Shown: piece after piece, positions 50,367-62,810 of the stretch
Layout: every line of letters begins with the position of its first letter
Position numbering within the stretch: the stretch's first letter is position 1
DNA from: Chiloscyllium plagiosum
Lineage: Eukaryota
Assembly (NCBI RefSeq): GCF_004010195.1
Contig: NC_057720.1
Location: 31,022,150 to 31,086,149, forward strand
Direction: 5' to 3'
Length of the DNA stretch: 64,000 nucleotides
The notes under the pieces: model-generated
The model's input: the letters and a program-made list of their open reading frames with translations, nothing else
What the model was told of the DNA's origin: nothing
Database searches by the model: none
Made by a program: the position numbers and the translations under genes

Positions 50367-50692
50367 TTAGAATCCCTATTGTGTAGAAACAGGCCCTTCG
50401 GCCCAACAAGTCTGCACCAAATCCCCGAAGAGTATCCCATCCAAACCCATTTGCTTACATTTACCTATGACTCATGCACCTGACCTATACATCTCTGAAT
50501 ATTATGAGCAATTTAGCATTGCCAATTCACCTAACCTGCACATCTTTGGATTGTGGGAAGAAATCGGAGCACCCGGAGGAAACCCACACAGACAAGGGAA
50601 AGAATGTGCAAACTCCACACAGCCTGAGGCTGGAATCAAATCCAGGTCCCTGGTGCTGTGGGGTAGCAGTGCTAACTACTGAGCCACCATGC
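50367..50692 (-). mobile_element. HE1-like V-SINE
   Basis: Reverse-complement SINE. Confidence 0.9.
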
Positions 50693-50864
50693 AAGATTAT
50701 ATGTAAGCTGGATGAGAGAAGAAGGAGCACAAGACTTTGAATTCCCTTCTCTTTTTCATCCTTAAAACCAGCCCTTAGACCAAGTTTTTGGTCATCTGCA
50801 CCAATATCTTACGTGACTTTGTTTGATAACACTCGTGAGATACTTCGAGACATTTTGCAACATT

Positions 50865-51290
50865 AGAGTCATAGAGTTATACAGCATTGAAACAGACCCA
50901 TCGGCCCAACTTCTCCATTGCCAACCATGTTTCCTAAAGAGCATTAACCCCAATTACCTGCATTTGGCCTATATCTCTGTAAACCTTTCCCATTCATGTA
51001 CTTGTCCAAATATCTTTTAAATGTTGAACTCACTTCTACCAGTTCTTCTGACAGCTCATTCCATATATGCACCACCCTCTGTGTGAAAACGATGTCCCTC
51101 AGGTCCCTTTTAAATCTTTTCCCTCTTACCTTAAACCTCTGGCCTCTAGTTTTGGACTCCTCTAGTCTGGGAAAAGACCTTGGGTATTCACCTTATCTTT
51201 GCCTCTTATGATTTTGTAAATTCGTACTGTATATTGTCACTATCAACCTCCTTCTCTCCAGGAAAAATGTCCAAACCTATCCAGTCTCTT
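50865..51290 (-). mobile_element. CR1/HER1 3' fragment
   Basis: gagtcatagag tail plus RT C-terminal region. Confidence 0.85.
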
Positions 51291-51504
51291 CTTGAGTCAT
51301 AGAGTCGTATAGCACAGAAACAGACCATTTGGTCTAGTCCCATTTGCCAGCACGTGGCTATCTAAATACTTTCTATTCATATACCCATCCAGATGCCTTT
51401 TAAATGCCATAATTGAACCAGCCTCCACCACTTCCTCTGGCAGCTTATTCCATACATGCATCACCTTCTTCATAAGAAAGTTGCCCCCAGATTCTTTTTA
51501 ATTT

Positions 51505-51799
51505 GATTAGATTCCCTATAGTGTGGAAACAATCCAACCCGACCCTCTGAAGAGTAACCCACCCAGACCCATTTCCCTCTGTCTAATGCACCTAACACTA
51601 TGGGCAATTTAACATGGCCAATTCACCTGACCGGCACATCTTTGGAAGGTGGGAGGAAACCAGAGCACCCGGAGGAAACCGACGTAGACATGTGGAGAAT
51701 GTGCAAACACCACACAAACAGTTGCCCTCGGCTGGAATCGAACCTGGGACCCTGGTGCTGTGAGGTAGCAGTGCTTATCATTGAGCCACCGTGCCACCC
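51505..51799 (-). mobile_element. HE1-like V-SINE nested in CR1
   Basis: Reverse-complement SINE. Confidence 0.9.
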
Positions 51800-53297
51800 A
51801 TCATTCTTTCCCCTCTCACCTTAACTATGCCCTCCATTTTTGGACTCCCATACCCTGGGAAAAAGACCTTTGTTATTCACCCTATCCAGGGCCCTCATAA
51901 TTTTATAAACCTTTGTGAGGTCACCCCTCAACCTCTGGGGGAAAAAAAGCCCCAGCCCATTCTGCCTCTCCCTAAAGTTCAAACCCTCCAATCCAAGCTA
52001 CATCCTTGTAAATCTTTTCTGAACCTTTCAGGTTTAACAATGTCTTTCCTATAGCAGGGAGGCCAGAATTGAACGCAGTATTCTAAAAGTGGTTTAACCA
52101 ATGTCCTGTTCAGCCGTAACATGATATCCTAACTCCTATATTCAATGCATTGACCAATGAAGACAAGCATGCCAAATGCCTTCTACATCACCCTGTCTAC
52201 CTATGACTCCATTTTCAAGGAACTGTGCACCTGTATCCCTTTGTGTGGCAACACTTCTCATTTACTTAAGTCCTTCCCTGATTTGCCTTATCAAAATGCA
52301 ACACCTTAGATTTATCTACATTAAACTCTATATGCCACTTCTCAGCCTATTGATCCCATTGCACTCTGTTACCTTTATAACTATCCACTACACCACCTAT
52401 TTTGGTGTCATCTGCAAACTTACCTCCTATATTCACATTCAAATCATTTGTATAAATGACAAAAAGCAATGGATCCAGCGACAATCCTTGTGGCACACTT
52501 TTGGTCACAGGCCTCCAGTCCATAAAGAAACCTCCACCTCCACCCTCTCTGTCTCCTACCTTCAAACCAATTTTTTTATCCAAATGCTTGGCTCCCCCTT
52601 GGAGTCCATATGATCTAACCTTGCTAACCAGTTTACCATGCAGAACCATGCCCATCACCTTGCTGAAGTACATAAAGACAATGTCCACCACTCTGTATTC
52701 ATCGATAGTCTTTGTCACTTCATCAAAAAAATTAAATGAGTGAGATACATTTTCCCATACACAAAGCCATGTTGACGCTCCCTAATCAGCTCTTGCCTTT
52801 CTAAATATATGTAGATCCTTTTCCTCAGAATCCCTCCAACAGCTTACTTACCACTGACCACAGTCTCACTGGTCTTTGATGCCTGGCTTTTCTTCCCATC
52901 TTTCTTCAATAATGGCACCACATTAGTCACCTTCCAGTCTTCCGACACCTCACCCATGACTAATGGTAAAATAAATATCTCAACAAGGGGCCCAGCAATC
53001 TCTTCCCTAGCTTCCCACAATGTTCTGGGGTATACCTGAGCAGGTCCTAGGGATTCATCAACCTTTATGTATTTTAAGATGTCTAAGACCTCCTTTTCTG
53101 TAATATGGACACTTTTCATGGTATCACTATTTGTTTCCCCAAGTTCTTTAGATTCCATGTCCTTCTCATTTAGTATCTCACCTATCTCCTGTGCTTCCAA
53201 ACAGAGAAGCCTTGTTGATCTTTAAAGGACTCTATTCTCTCCCTAATCTCATGTCCCTTTTTTACCCTCCTGATTTCCCTCTTAAGCATACTCCTAT

Positions 53298-53426
53298 TTC
53301 CTGATGAAGGGCTAATGCCTGAAACATTGATTCTCCTGCTCCTCGAATGCTGCCTGACCTGCTGCGCTTTTCCAGCAACACACGCTCGACTCTGATCTCC
53401 AGCATCTGCAATCCTCACTTTCTCCT
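53298..53426 (+). mobile_element. PLE pLTR micro-insertion nested in CR1
   Basis: ttcctgatgaagggctaatgcctgaaac…cctcactttctcct; ctccta at both flanks. Confidence 0.85.
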
Positions 53427-55455
53427 ACTGCCTTTATACTTCATTAAGGATTCATTCACTTCCAACTGTCTATACCTGACATATGCCTCCTTTTTCTTGA
53501 TCAGAGCCTCAATTTCTCTAGTCATCCAGCATTCCTTTCATCTACAAGCCTTGTCCTTTGCACTAACGGGAGTATATAGTCCTTCAACTTTGTTATCTCA
53601 TTTATAAAAGCATCCCACTTTCCAGCCATTCCTTTACCTGCGAATAGCCTCTCCAAATCAACTTTTGAAAGTTCTTGCCTAATACCGCCAAAATTTAAAA
53701 CTTTAACTTTTAGATCATGTTGATCCTCTCCATCACTATTTTAAACTATTAGAAGTATGGTTACAGGCCCCAAAGTGCACCCCCACTGACTTGCCTTATT
53801 TCCCAAGAGCAGGTCAAGTTTTGCTCCTTCTCTAGTAAGTACATCCACATACTGAATAAAAAAAAATTCTCTCCATCTAAGCCCTTAACACTATGGCAGA
53901 TCCAGTCTTTGTTTGGAGAGTTAGAATCCCCTACCATTACACTCCTATTATTCATACAGATATCTGAGATCTCCTTACATATTTGCTCCTCAATTTCCCG
54001 CTTACTATTGGAGGACCTATAATATAATCTCAGTCCCTTTCTTATTTCTCAGATCCACCTGTATGATTTAACGGGACATTCTCTTAGGAATATCCTCCCT
54101 AAGTACACCGTAATGTTATCCTTAAACAAAAATGCCAAACCCCTCCTCTCTTGGCCCCCTTTCTATCCTTCCCCTAGTATCTATACCCCGTAACATTAAG
54201 CTGACAGTCCTGCCTCTCCCTTTGCCACATTTCTGTAACAACTATGATATCCCAGTCCCATGTTCATCTGCCTTACCTGTTAGGCCTCTTGCATTGAAAT
54301 AAATGCAGTTTAATTTATCACTCTTACCTTCTCTCTGCCTTGCTCTTGCCTTCCTTGACTATTTTAATTGCTCCTCTTCTCTACTGTACTCGCCTCAGAC
54401 TTCTCACTATCTCTTTGGGATCCACCCATCCCCCCACCTACTTGTTTAAAACCTCCTGAGTAGCTCTAGCAAATCTCCCCAGAACTAGCCATGCATTCAT
54501 CTGACCTATCCTCCTATTTCTACTCTCACAAGCACATGGCACTGGAAATAATCCAGAAAATACTGCCTTTGAGGACCTACTTTTTAACATCCTACGAAAT
54601 TTCCGATATTCCTTCTGCAGAATCTTGTCCCTTTCTCTTCCGATGTTATTGGCACCAATGTGTACAATGGCCTCCTGCTGGTCACTCTCCTCTTTGAGAA
54701 TATTCTGCACCTTCTCTGAGACATCCTTGACCCTGGCACCAGGGAGGCAACACATCATCCTGATGTCTCACTGACCGCGTAGAAATGTCTGTCTGTGATC
54801 CTGACCACAGATTGATCACTTGGCATCTGACATACCCCTCATCACAATAAAGCCAGTCTTGGTGTCAGAAATCTGGGTGTCAGTGCTATATTCCCCTGAG
54901 TGGCCTTCTCCCTCGACTGTATCCAAAAGAGCATACTTGATTGAAATGGGGATAATCATAGGAAAATCCAGCTCTACCTGCTTAGCTTTCCTATCTTTCC
55001 ATTGACCTGCATTTATCAACCTTTCTGAAACTGCCATCCATCACAACCTCTGGCTGCTGTAAACTCCTCATTGCCTCTTATTGCCGCTTCAACCAATCCA
55101 TGCAGTCCGACAGGATTTGTACCCAAATACACTTCCTGCAGATATAATCTCCAGGAACTGTGAAGTTCTCCTTAATCTCCCACATCTGACAGGAAGAGAA
55201 CATTACTCTGCTGAAAGCCATCTGCTGAAAGCAAACTGAACAGTCTCCAGAGTCAGAACATGTCCCCCTAAAAAAACAATCGCAACTTAATTTCTCAAAA
55301 AGTCAGTGTTACACAGTCTTGCTGCTCAAAAACACTCCTCTAGGATAACTTAATAGTGATCTTTTAAAATAAAAATTCAATTAAGAGAGGGATGTCAGTA
55401 AAACATTAAAAACAACCCTACCCTACTCACTACTATAGATAAAATAACTCCACAG

Positions 55456-55747
55456 AGTAGGGTAAGGTTTAGGGTAAGAGGGGAAAATTTAAAAGGGACC
55501 TAATGGACAACTTTTTCATGCAAAAGGTGGTGCGTGTATGGAATGAGCTGCCAGAGGAAGTGGTGGAGGCTGTTACAATTACAATATTTTAAAGGCATCT
55601 GGATGGGTACATGAGTAGGAAGCGTTTAGATGAATATGGGCCAAGTGCTGGCAAATGGGACTATATTAATTTAGGATATCTGTCAGCATGGGCGAGTTGG
55701 ACCGAAGGGTCTACTTCTATGCTGTACATCTCTGTGACTCTATGACT
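55456..55747 (+). mobile_element. CR1/HER1 3' end
   Basis: Similar to 1-280; tail gactctatgact. Confidence 0.88.
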
Positions 55748-56027
55748 ATCCCGTCACCAAGTCACCCTTTATTTACCCATGCACATTACATGGACTCTGA
55801 CCAGCTAGCTCAGATTCAGCCCTGTAATAGTCAGAATCTGTGAGACTCCTGTTAAGTGAAGGGGTGGGCAGGGAATAAATAAAAATACAATTGGAGGGGG
55901 AAATAAAACACTTGAAACTCCTGTTTATTTCTGTCAGCCAGGTCTCCTTGATTGGCCCAGGTTAACAACCCCAATCGGGGATCGCATACTCAATGAGATC
56001 CACTTTGCTTTTGTTCCAATCACTACA
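55748..56027 (-). mobile_element. Short solo LTR (3'-truncated) containing a 58 bp Tx1 fragment
   Basis: Homologous to 36943-37179; insert 55855-55912 flanked by duplicated actcctgtt. Confidence 0.78.
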
Positions 56028-58069
56028 ATAGTACAATAGATTTACAAAAAAAAAAAGATTTATAAGGTTTAAAATCAAACTCTTAGCTAATCAGGCTCTG
56101 AAATCACTTATCACTCCCCTCTCACTGATGCCAGGCTCACCAGTCTGTAGTTCCCTGGCTTTTCCTTGCAGCCTTTTGTAAATTATTAATGCTGTTGAAA
56201 TACAAGTTATAGCTGTTTGTATTAAAGGCAAGAAAGGAGGTGAAGATAAAACTTAAAGCAAAGCCAGTTTAGTCCTCCAGAATTAAATAGCAAACATGTA
56301 ATTTCTATTGGAAGATTGCAAAGGCCATAATAAATAACGTGCTCAAAATTTCTCTCCTTGTTTATCATTGGCTATGAAAGTTCAATTTTTTTAAAAATTG
56401 AATTTCAATTCAGCAATGTTGGATGACTTGTGAAGCTTTCATTTTGTGACAATTCCTTTCTAAAACCTCAAATTAGAAATTGCAGTGCGGTTGAGGCTGT
56501 TTGGGTAATAGATCATAGTACAATGCACTTCTCCATTCTTAAACACAGATAAATCTTACAAAATAGCTCACCATTTGCTGCAGTGAAATGGAATAAAGAT
56601 ATTTGAGCAAACATAGTACAGTGAATCTCCATTCACTGTATATCAGACTGGCAGGACAGTGGTTCTTTTCCAGATAGGCTCTTCTCTAGAGAAGCTTTCC
56701 AAGAAAGACACAAGCAAATTCCAAGGTGAATTTGTTGGCTTCACAGATTAGGAAGAGTGATTTTCATGTCAGAAAGCCAATGTCAACATCAAGCATATCA
56801 AAGTAAGGTCTAGGAAACATTAGCTGCAGAGTCAAACTCCCTTATTATTGTTCCAAATATGTGTCTTAAGGGCTGGTTAGCTCAGATAGCTAGATGACTT
56901 GAGTGTGTTTCAGAAATGATGTCAATTGTATGATCTTGATTCCCATTCTAGTTGTGGTAGATTTGGGATGCACCGCCTACAAAAGCAATAGGAAACCACC
57001 AAGTAGCCAAGAAAATAGCTCAGAATGAAGCTGACAATGAGCCAATGTCCTGCCTTTGAATGGAGGACACATAATATGTGCCTAGATCCTATTTTCAGAA
57101 CATCACCCTCTGCTGGGCCAAATGCAATTTTTGTCCCTTAACATCATTCTCGGTGAGATTTCTATATAATTTGATCTGGAATTAATTATTGTAACTGCCC
57201 AAATATTCAAATTACTTCATGTAGGACCCTTACAGTCAATAGACAGGGAATACTTTCATTCTTTCAGATAACGACGTTGTAGGTCAGAGCTTAAAACCTT
57301 GCTAAAAAGAGACATATAGCTAAAGCTTTTTATCATGTACCCACCAGGTCTGAAAAGTGAGAAAATCAATGTCAGAAAAAAATGAGCAATTTATATTATA
57401 TTAGTTATACTCTGTTAATGAGCAAAAGGGCACTCTATTTATAAGCATAACTCCAGCTCTTCACTAATAGCTTGTTTCACTAATCCATTGCTACTCTGGG
57501 AGTGTTTTCCTCAAACACCAATCTTGTTCAGCCAATTCCCATTTTCTCAGCAGCATTGAAGTCTTAATACGCACAGGCTTCTCTCGACCTTTTCATGGCT
57601 TACCCAACACAGAGTGAGTGATCATTCAGCTTTCAGCTTTCAGCTCCAATGACTTCATCTGAGCCGTGACTTCAACACTTAGCTTCCTACTGGAACCTAT
57701 TCCCAGTGTCTGACTACAACAGTCCAATGGCTGCTGACTCCTCACCGAGCCCCCTAACAGAACCAGTATAGTACAGTTGCCTACCCAGTAGTATTGCTAA
57801 CTGCAGTACTTTTAACATAGAGTCTACAACTCTCTATCATTCTCACATACTCACTAGCTTCCTTTAATCTTTGAACTCTCTTCAGTGAACCCCAAACTGT
57901 CCCGAATGTTCTACCAAAAACGTTGTAGTATATCCTTGTGCTATTAATAGGATGAATTGTGCGTGACTAGCATTTTGAAACAGTCAAATATAGCACCCTA
58001 AACTGTGTTTACCCTGAAGGTTGCATTCTCACAGAATGCTGAAAATAAATTCTATCCCAAGCATGAGGA

Positions 58070-58456
58070 GAGCCCACCTGATTGGCATCCCATCCATCAT
58101 CTTCAATATTCATTCTCTCCACTACTGACAATTAGGGGCAGCAGTGTTTACTATCTACAAATACACTCTGGCAAGTCACCCGTATTTTATCTATAGCACC
58201 TTCAAAACCTATGATGCCTACTACCTAAGAGGGCAAGATTAGCAGATGTATGGAAATACCACCGCCTGAAGGTGCCCTCCAATCCACACTCTATTGTGAT
58301 TCAAACCATTCCTTCAGTGATGGGTGAATATCCTAGATCTCCCACTTAGTTGCATATGGACTGCAGTATTCCAAGCTCACCACCCATCATTAGGGATGGA
58401 TAATAAATACTGGCCTAACTAGAAATGACCACATTCTAGTGAATGAATAAAAAAAA
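58070..58456 (+). mobile_element. CR1-group family B 3' end
   Basis: Similar to 63545-63955; ends atgaataaaaaaaa. Confidence 0.75.
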
Positions 58457-59485
58457 CTTTTAAAATAGTTGCCATCCTGAATATTGGCATTAGGACTGAT
58501 AGTAAGCCTTCTAACCCCAATTTGAGGGCAAAACTGCCATGAAAACATTGTTTTACTTAAATTATAGTCAGCTCAGTATTTTCCAAATGTAGAGCGCTCC
58601 ATCATCACCAATGATTGCGACTTGTTTGTTTTCTTTCAAAAACATAAAGTCGGAAATGAAAACTAATGCTTTTTGAATGAATTTGCCATTCCAAGGGTTT
58701 GCAATTGGAAACAGATTGTTGAGTTGAATGCATAAAACCTGCAGATCTTCCTATTACCCTTTTTTAAATTCTGTCCTTATGCAGATCATTTCCTTACATG
58801 GCACTGGGAACCTTGTATTCTAATATGTGTCTTAATAAACTGATTGGTTTGCTTGAAAATTGCCTTAAATATAGTCTAAAATAATACTGAGTGCCATATT
58901 CTTAAAGGCATTAGTACAGTCCCAAAAATAGTACTGAATGATTGATTGATTTGGAGTAAAATATCAATTGTAAGATCTCTCAAGCATCTCTCAAAGTGTC
59001 ATGTTTGTTTTTGGCCCAGCTGTAGGTGAATTCATAAACTGAAAAGATTCTTGATGTGGTAATTAAAAATAAATTAGTTAAATAAATAAAATGACCAACC
59101 TTCACATGCTTCAGGCTGCAGCTTCAATATATACATAACCTTTCAACTCAGCAGCTTCGTTCCCTAGTTAGCATCTACCTATTACACAGGATGGAATAAT
59201 GTGCCTCCAGGGAGTCAGATTTTGAAATGCATCTGTATTCATTTTTGTCTCTGTAGTTGCTCATTCAAACTGCAACTAGTGATTGTTAGACATCCAGTAT
59301 ACTCTAGAAACTGTACTGTGTTTACAAAAATGTAAAGGATAAATGATGCCTGGAAGTAGATTAAATAGACTGAACTGCAGTTGAGAGTACTATAGAGAAT
59401 AAATCTAAGCTGTGCCCATTTTACATCTGAAGCTCACTCTCTGTGGGAAGCCACATTAGATGGAACATTAGAAGTAGATCGGATA

Positions 59486-59653
59486 TGAAGCCATTTTCAT
59501 ACAATCATATAGCACAGGACAACATTCAAATCTTTATTTAATGACAGTTCTTTGAAACATTGGTTGTAGATTGGGTGTGAAGCCATTTTCATACTATCAT
59601 ACAGCACAAAAGGACAATACTCAAACCTTCATTCCAATGAGAGTTCTTTGAAA
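59486..59653 (+). repeat. Diverged ~70 bp direct duplication
   Basis: tgaagccattttcatac…agttctttgaaa at 59486-59557 and 59578-59653. Confidence 0.8.
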
Positions 59654-60049
59654 GAGCTCTCCAATTAGTCACATTTCCCTGTTGTGTTGTCTTCTTAGTC
59701 TTCCAGTCAACTTTTTAAGTATTTATTCAGTTCCCCTTCAAAGGTTATTTGTGCATTTCTCACACACCTTCTCCACCAGAAACAGTTTGCTCTTTTTGCC
59801 TTTCTCTGGGCTAAGGAAAATGATCTCTGATTTAATTACTTAAAAAAAACTCCACATTTGACTATAAAAATATGGCAGTTAAATTTATCTATGTAGATTT
59901 TTAAAAATTGTCTTGGTTGGATACTAGAAATTCTAAGTAATAATGAGGAATATTTGAGCAGTGGCTCAATAAGATAAGACAGATACATCTAAACAACTAA
60001 AAGGTTAAGGTTATGAACTCACAGGATAACAGTTTTACTTTCACCGTGT

Positions 60050-61312
60050 CAGAGAGTTATAGAGATGTACAGCATGGAAACAAACCCTTCCATTCAACCC
60101 GTCCCTGCCGACCAAATATCCCATCCCAATCTAATCCCACCATGCCGACCAAATAGGAGAAAGTGAGGACTGCAGATGCTGGAGATCAGAGCTGAAAATG
60201 TGTTGCTGGAAAAGCGCAGCAGGTCAAGCAGCATCGAAGGAGCAGGAGAATCGAGGTTTCAGGCATGAGCCGGCTTAACCTGCTCGGCACACTTTCCTCA
60301 TTCCTGAAGAAGGGCTCATGCCCAAAACGTCGATTCTCCTGCTCCTTGGATGCTGCCTGACCTGCTGTGCTTTTCCAGCAACACATTTTCATGCCGACCA
60401 AATATCCAATCCCAATCTAGTCCCACCAGCCAGCACCTGGCCCATATCCCTCCAAACTCTTCCTATTCATATACCCATCCAGATGCCTTTTAAATGTTGT
60501 GATCGTACCAGCCTCCAATACTTCCTCTGGTAGCTAATTCCATACATGCACCACCCTCTGCGTGAAACATTTGCCCCTTAGGTCCCTTTTATATCTTTCC
60601 CCTCTCATCCTAAACCTTTGCTCTCTCATTCTGGACTCGCCCACTCCAGGGAAAAGACTTTGCCTATTTACCCTATCCATGCCCTTCATGATTTTATAAA
60701 CATCTACAAGGTCACCCCTCAGCCTCCAACACTCCAAGAAAAACAGCCCCAGCCTATTCAACTCTCCCTATAACTCAAACCGTCCAACCCTGGCAACATC
60801 CTTGTAAATCTTTTCTGAACCCTTTCAAGTTTTACCAGAATTGCACACAATATTTCAAAGGTGGTCTAACCAACATTCTGTACAGCCGCAACATTACCTC
60901 CCAACTCCAGTACTCAATACTCTGACCGAAAAAGTAAAGCATACCAAACACCTTCTTCACTATCCTATCAACTTGTGACTCTACTTTCAAGGAGTTATGC
61001 ACTCCAAGGTCTCTTTGTTCAGCAACACTCTCTAGGACCTTACCTTTAAGTGTATAAGTTCTGCCAAGATTTGCTTTCCCAAAATGCAACACCTCGCATT
61101 TATCTAAATTAAACACCATCTGCCACTCTTCAGCCCATTGGTCCATCTGATCAAGATCCCATTGTATTCTGAGGTAACCTTCTTCACTGTCCACTACACC
61201 TCCAATTTTGGTGTCATCTGCAAATTTACTAACTATATCTCCAATGATCACATCCAAATCATTTCTATAAATGACGAAAAGTAGTGGACCCAGCACTGAT
61301 CCTTGTTGCACT
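60050..61312 (-). mobile_element. CR1/HER1 3' 1.2 kb
   Basis: QGSVLGPLLFVIY…SKFADDTKIGGVVDSEEG…. Confidence 0.92.
60155..60390. mobile_element. Fold-back PLE insertion with 15 bp TSD
   Basis: TSD catgccgaccaaata at 60141-60155 and 60390-60404; arms 60193-60271 and 60313-60391. Confidence 0.9.
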
Positions 61313-61394
61313 CTACTCGTCTGTGTTTTTATTGAACTCACTGTAAGATGAATGCCTGCAGTGAGTACATCATGGTAGAGATAGCATAGAATCA

Positions 61395-61835
61395 TCATTG
61401 AATCCTTACAGTGCGGAAGCAGCCCATTCGGTCACTGGAGTCCACACCGACCCTCTGAAGAGCATCCCACCCAGACCCAGACCCCTTACATATAGAATAG
61501 AATAGAATATCCTTTATTATGACATGTACTCAAGTACAGGAGTACAGTGAAAAGTTTATAATGTTGCCTGTCATGGCACTGTCTTATCCCTGTAACCCTG
61601 CAACTCCCATGGCTAATCCACCTGACCTGCACCCTACGGCAATTACCATAGCCAATGCACCCAACCTGCATGTCTTTGGACTGTAGGAGGTAACCGGAGG
61701 ACCTGGAGAAAACCCATGCAAACAAGGAGGGGGGAGGGCGTGCAAACTCCACACAAGCAGTCACCCAAGGGTGGAATCAAATCCCTGTCCCTGATGCTTG
61801 AGGCAATAGTGCCAAACACTGAGCCACCGTGCCGT
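61395..61835 (-). mobile_element. V-SINE interrupted by a Rex1/L2-like tail fragment (61488-61585)
   Basis: SINE halves flank (tagaa)n…tttattatgacatgtactc…gtacagtgaaaag. Confidence 0.85.
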
Positions 61836-62562
61836 CCACTATCATGGTTATGGCAAACTAGCAGACCCATTAGTACATCATTGCACTTCTAACCCAAACA
61901 GCTTCTTTCTTATACAGAAAAAAACCCCAAAGTAAGTCACATGTGCTATCATTTTTAGCGCGGGTTACCTATGCAATGTCCTATAAAACTAACGGTTCCA
62001 ATGTAATTGCAAAATTGCTTGTTTTTCTAGATAGCTCCTCTTTTGTCAGTCTTTTTGGTATGGCACATATGTGGATTGTTGGTTCCTCCTACAAAGTCTG
62101 CTGGTCAGAATTATGTGCTCTCTGGTTCTGCATCTCAGCTGACTCAGCTGAAACATGTTGATGCCTTAATCCAGAGGTCCCCAACCTTTAATGAGAGGAA
62201 CAATTGCATGACCCACACCCATTGTTTTCATAACACATATACAGTATTGAAGTTGATGTATGCATGGCTCTGGAGGTTTGTGCATGCACAGTCAATGGAG
62301 GGCCTGATGTCAATATTAGGCACCAGGCCTCCAGAGGACATCCGAACCACAGAAATAGTATTGACACACTTAGGTAAAGCAGAACTGCTTCTCAAAACTT
62401 TCATGTCACACTGCCCACCTGGAGTGGCATAAGAGCTGAAAACCACCAAGAATTAAGTGACTTAAACCAGATTGTAGCTAATTTAACCTGGATTTGATTC
62501 TTGGATGTAACTTTGGTGTTTACCACTGAAACCAGGACTTGTAGTTGTCCACTGCATCTATC

Positions 62563-62810
62563 TCAGAGCTGAAACGTGTGGTACTTGAAAAGTACATCAG
62601 AGCTGAATATGTGTTGCTGGAAATGTGCAGCAGGTCAGGCAGCATCCAAGGAGCAGGAGAATCGACATTTCGGGCATGAGCCCTTCTTCAGGAATCTGTG
62701 TGGTACTTGAAAAGCACATCAGAGCTGAAAATGTGTTGCTGGAAAAGTACAGCAGGTCAAACAGCATCCGAAGAGCAGGAGTATCGATGTTTCGGGCATA
62801 AGCTCTTCAT
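62563..62810 (-). mobile_element. Tandem PLE pLTR fragments (~122 bp period)
   Basis: gtgtggtacttgaaaag.acatcagagctgaa repeats at 62576 and 62698. Confidence 0.85.

Larger units (their letters stand above)
51294..55450 (-). mobile_element. Near full-length CR1 pseudo-copy (ORF1 SGNH plus ORF2) with deletions
   Basis: ORF1 CCLPGARVKDV…VHIGANNIG; APE VMVGDSNSP; RT VPQGLSLDPLLFVIY, KFADDTKIGG. Confidence 0.9.

Noticed and set aside
57300..57352. Possible fifth hammerhead/PLE family (minus gacctggtgggtacatgataaaaagcttt)
   Set aside because: Too degenerate to support.
15698..61835. SINE strand bias (8 of 10 on minus)
   Set aside because: The sample is too small to infer the orientation of a host transcript.
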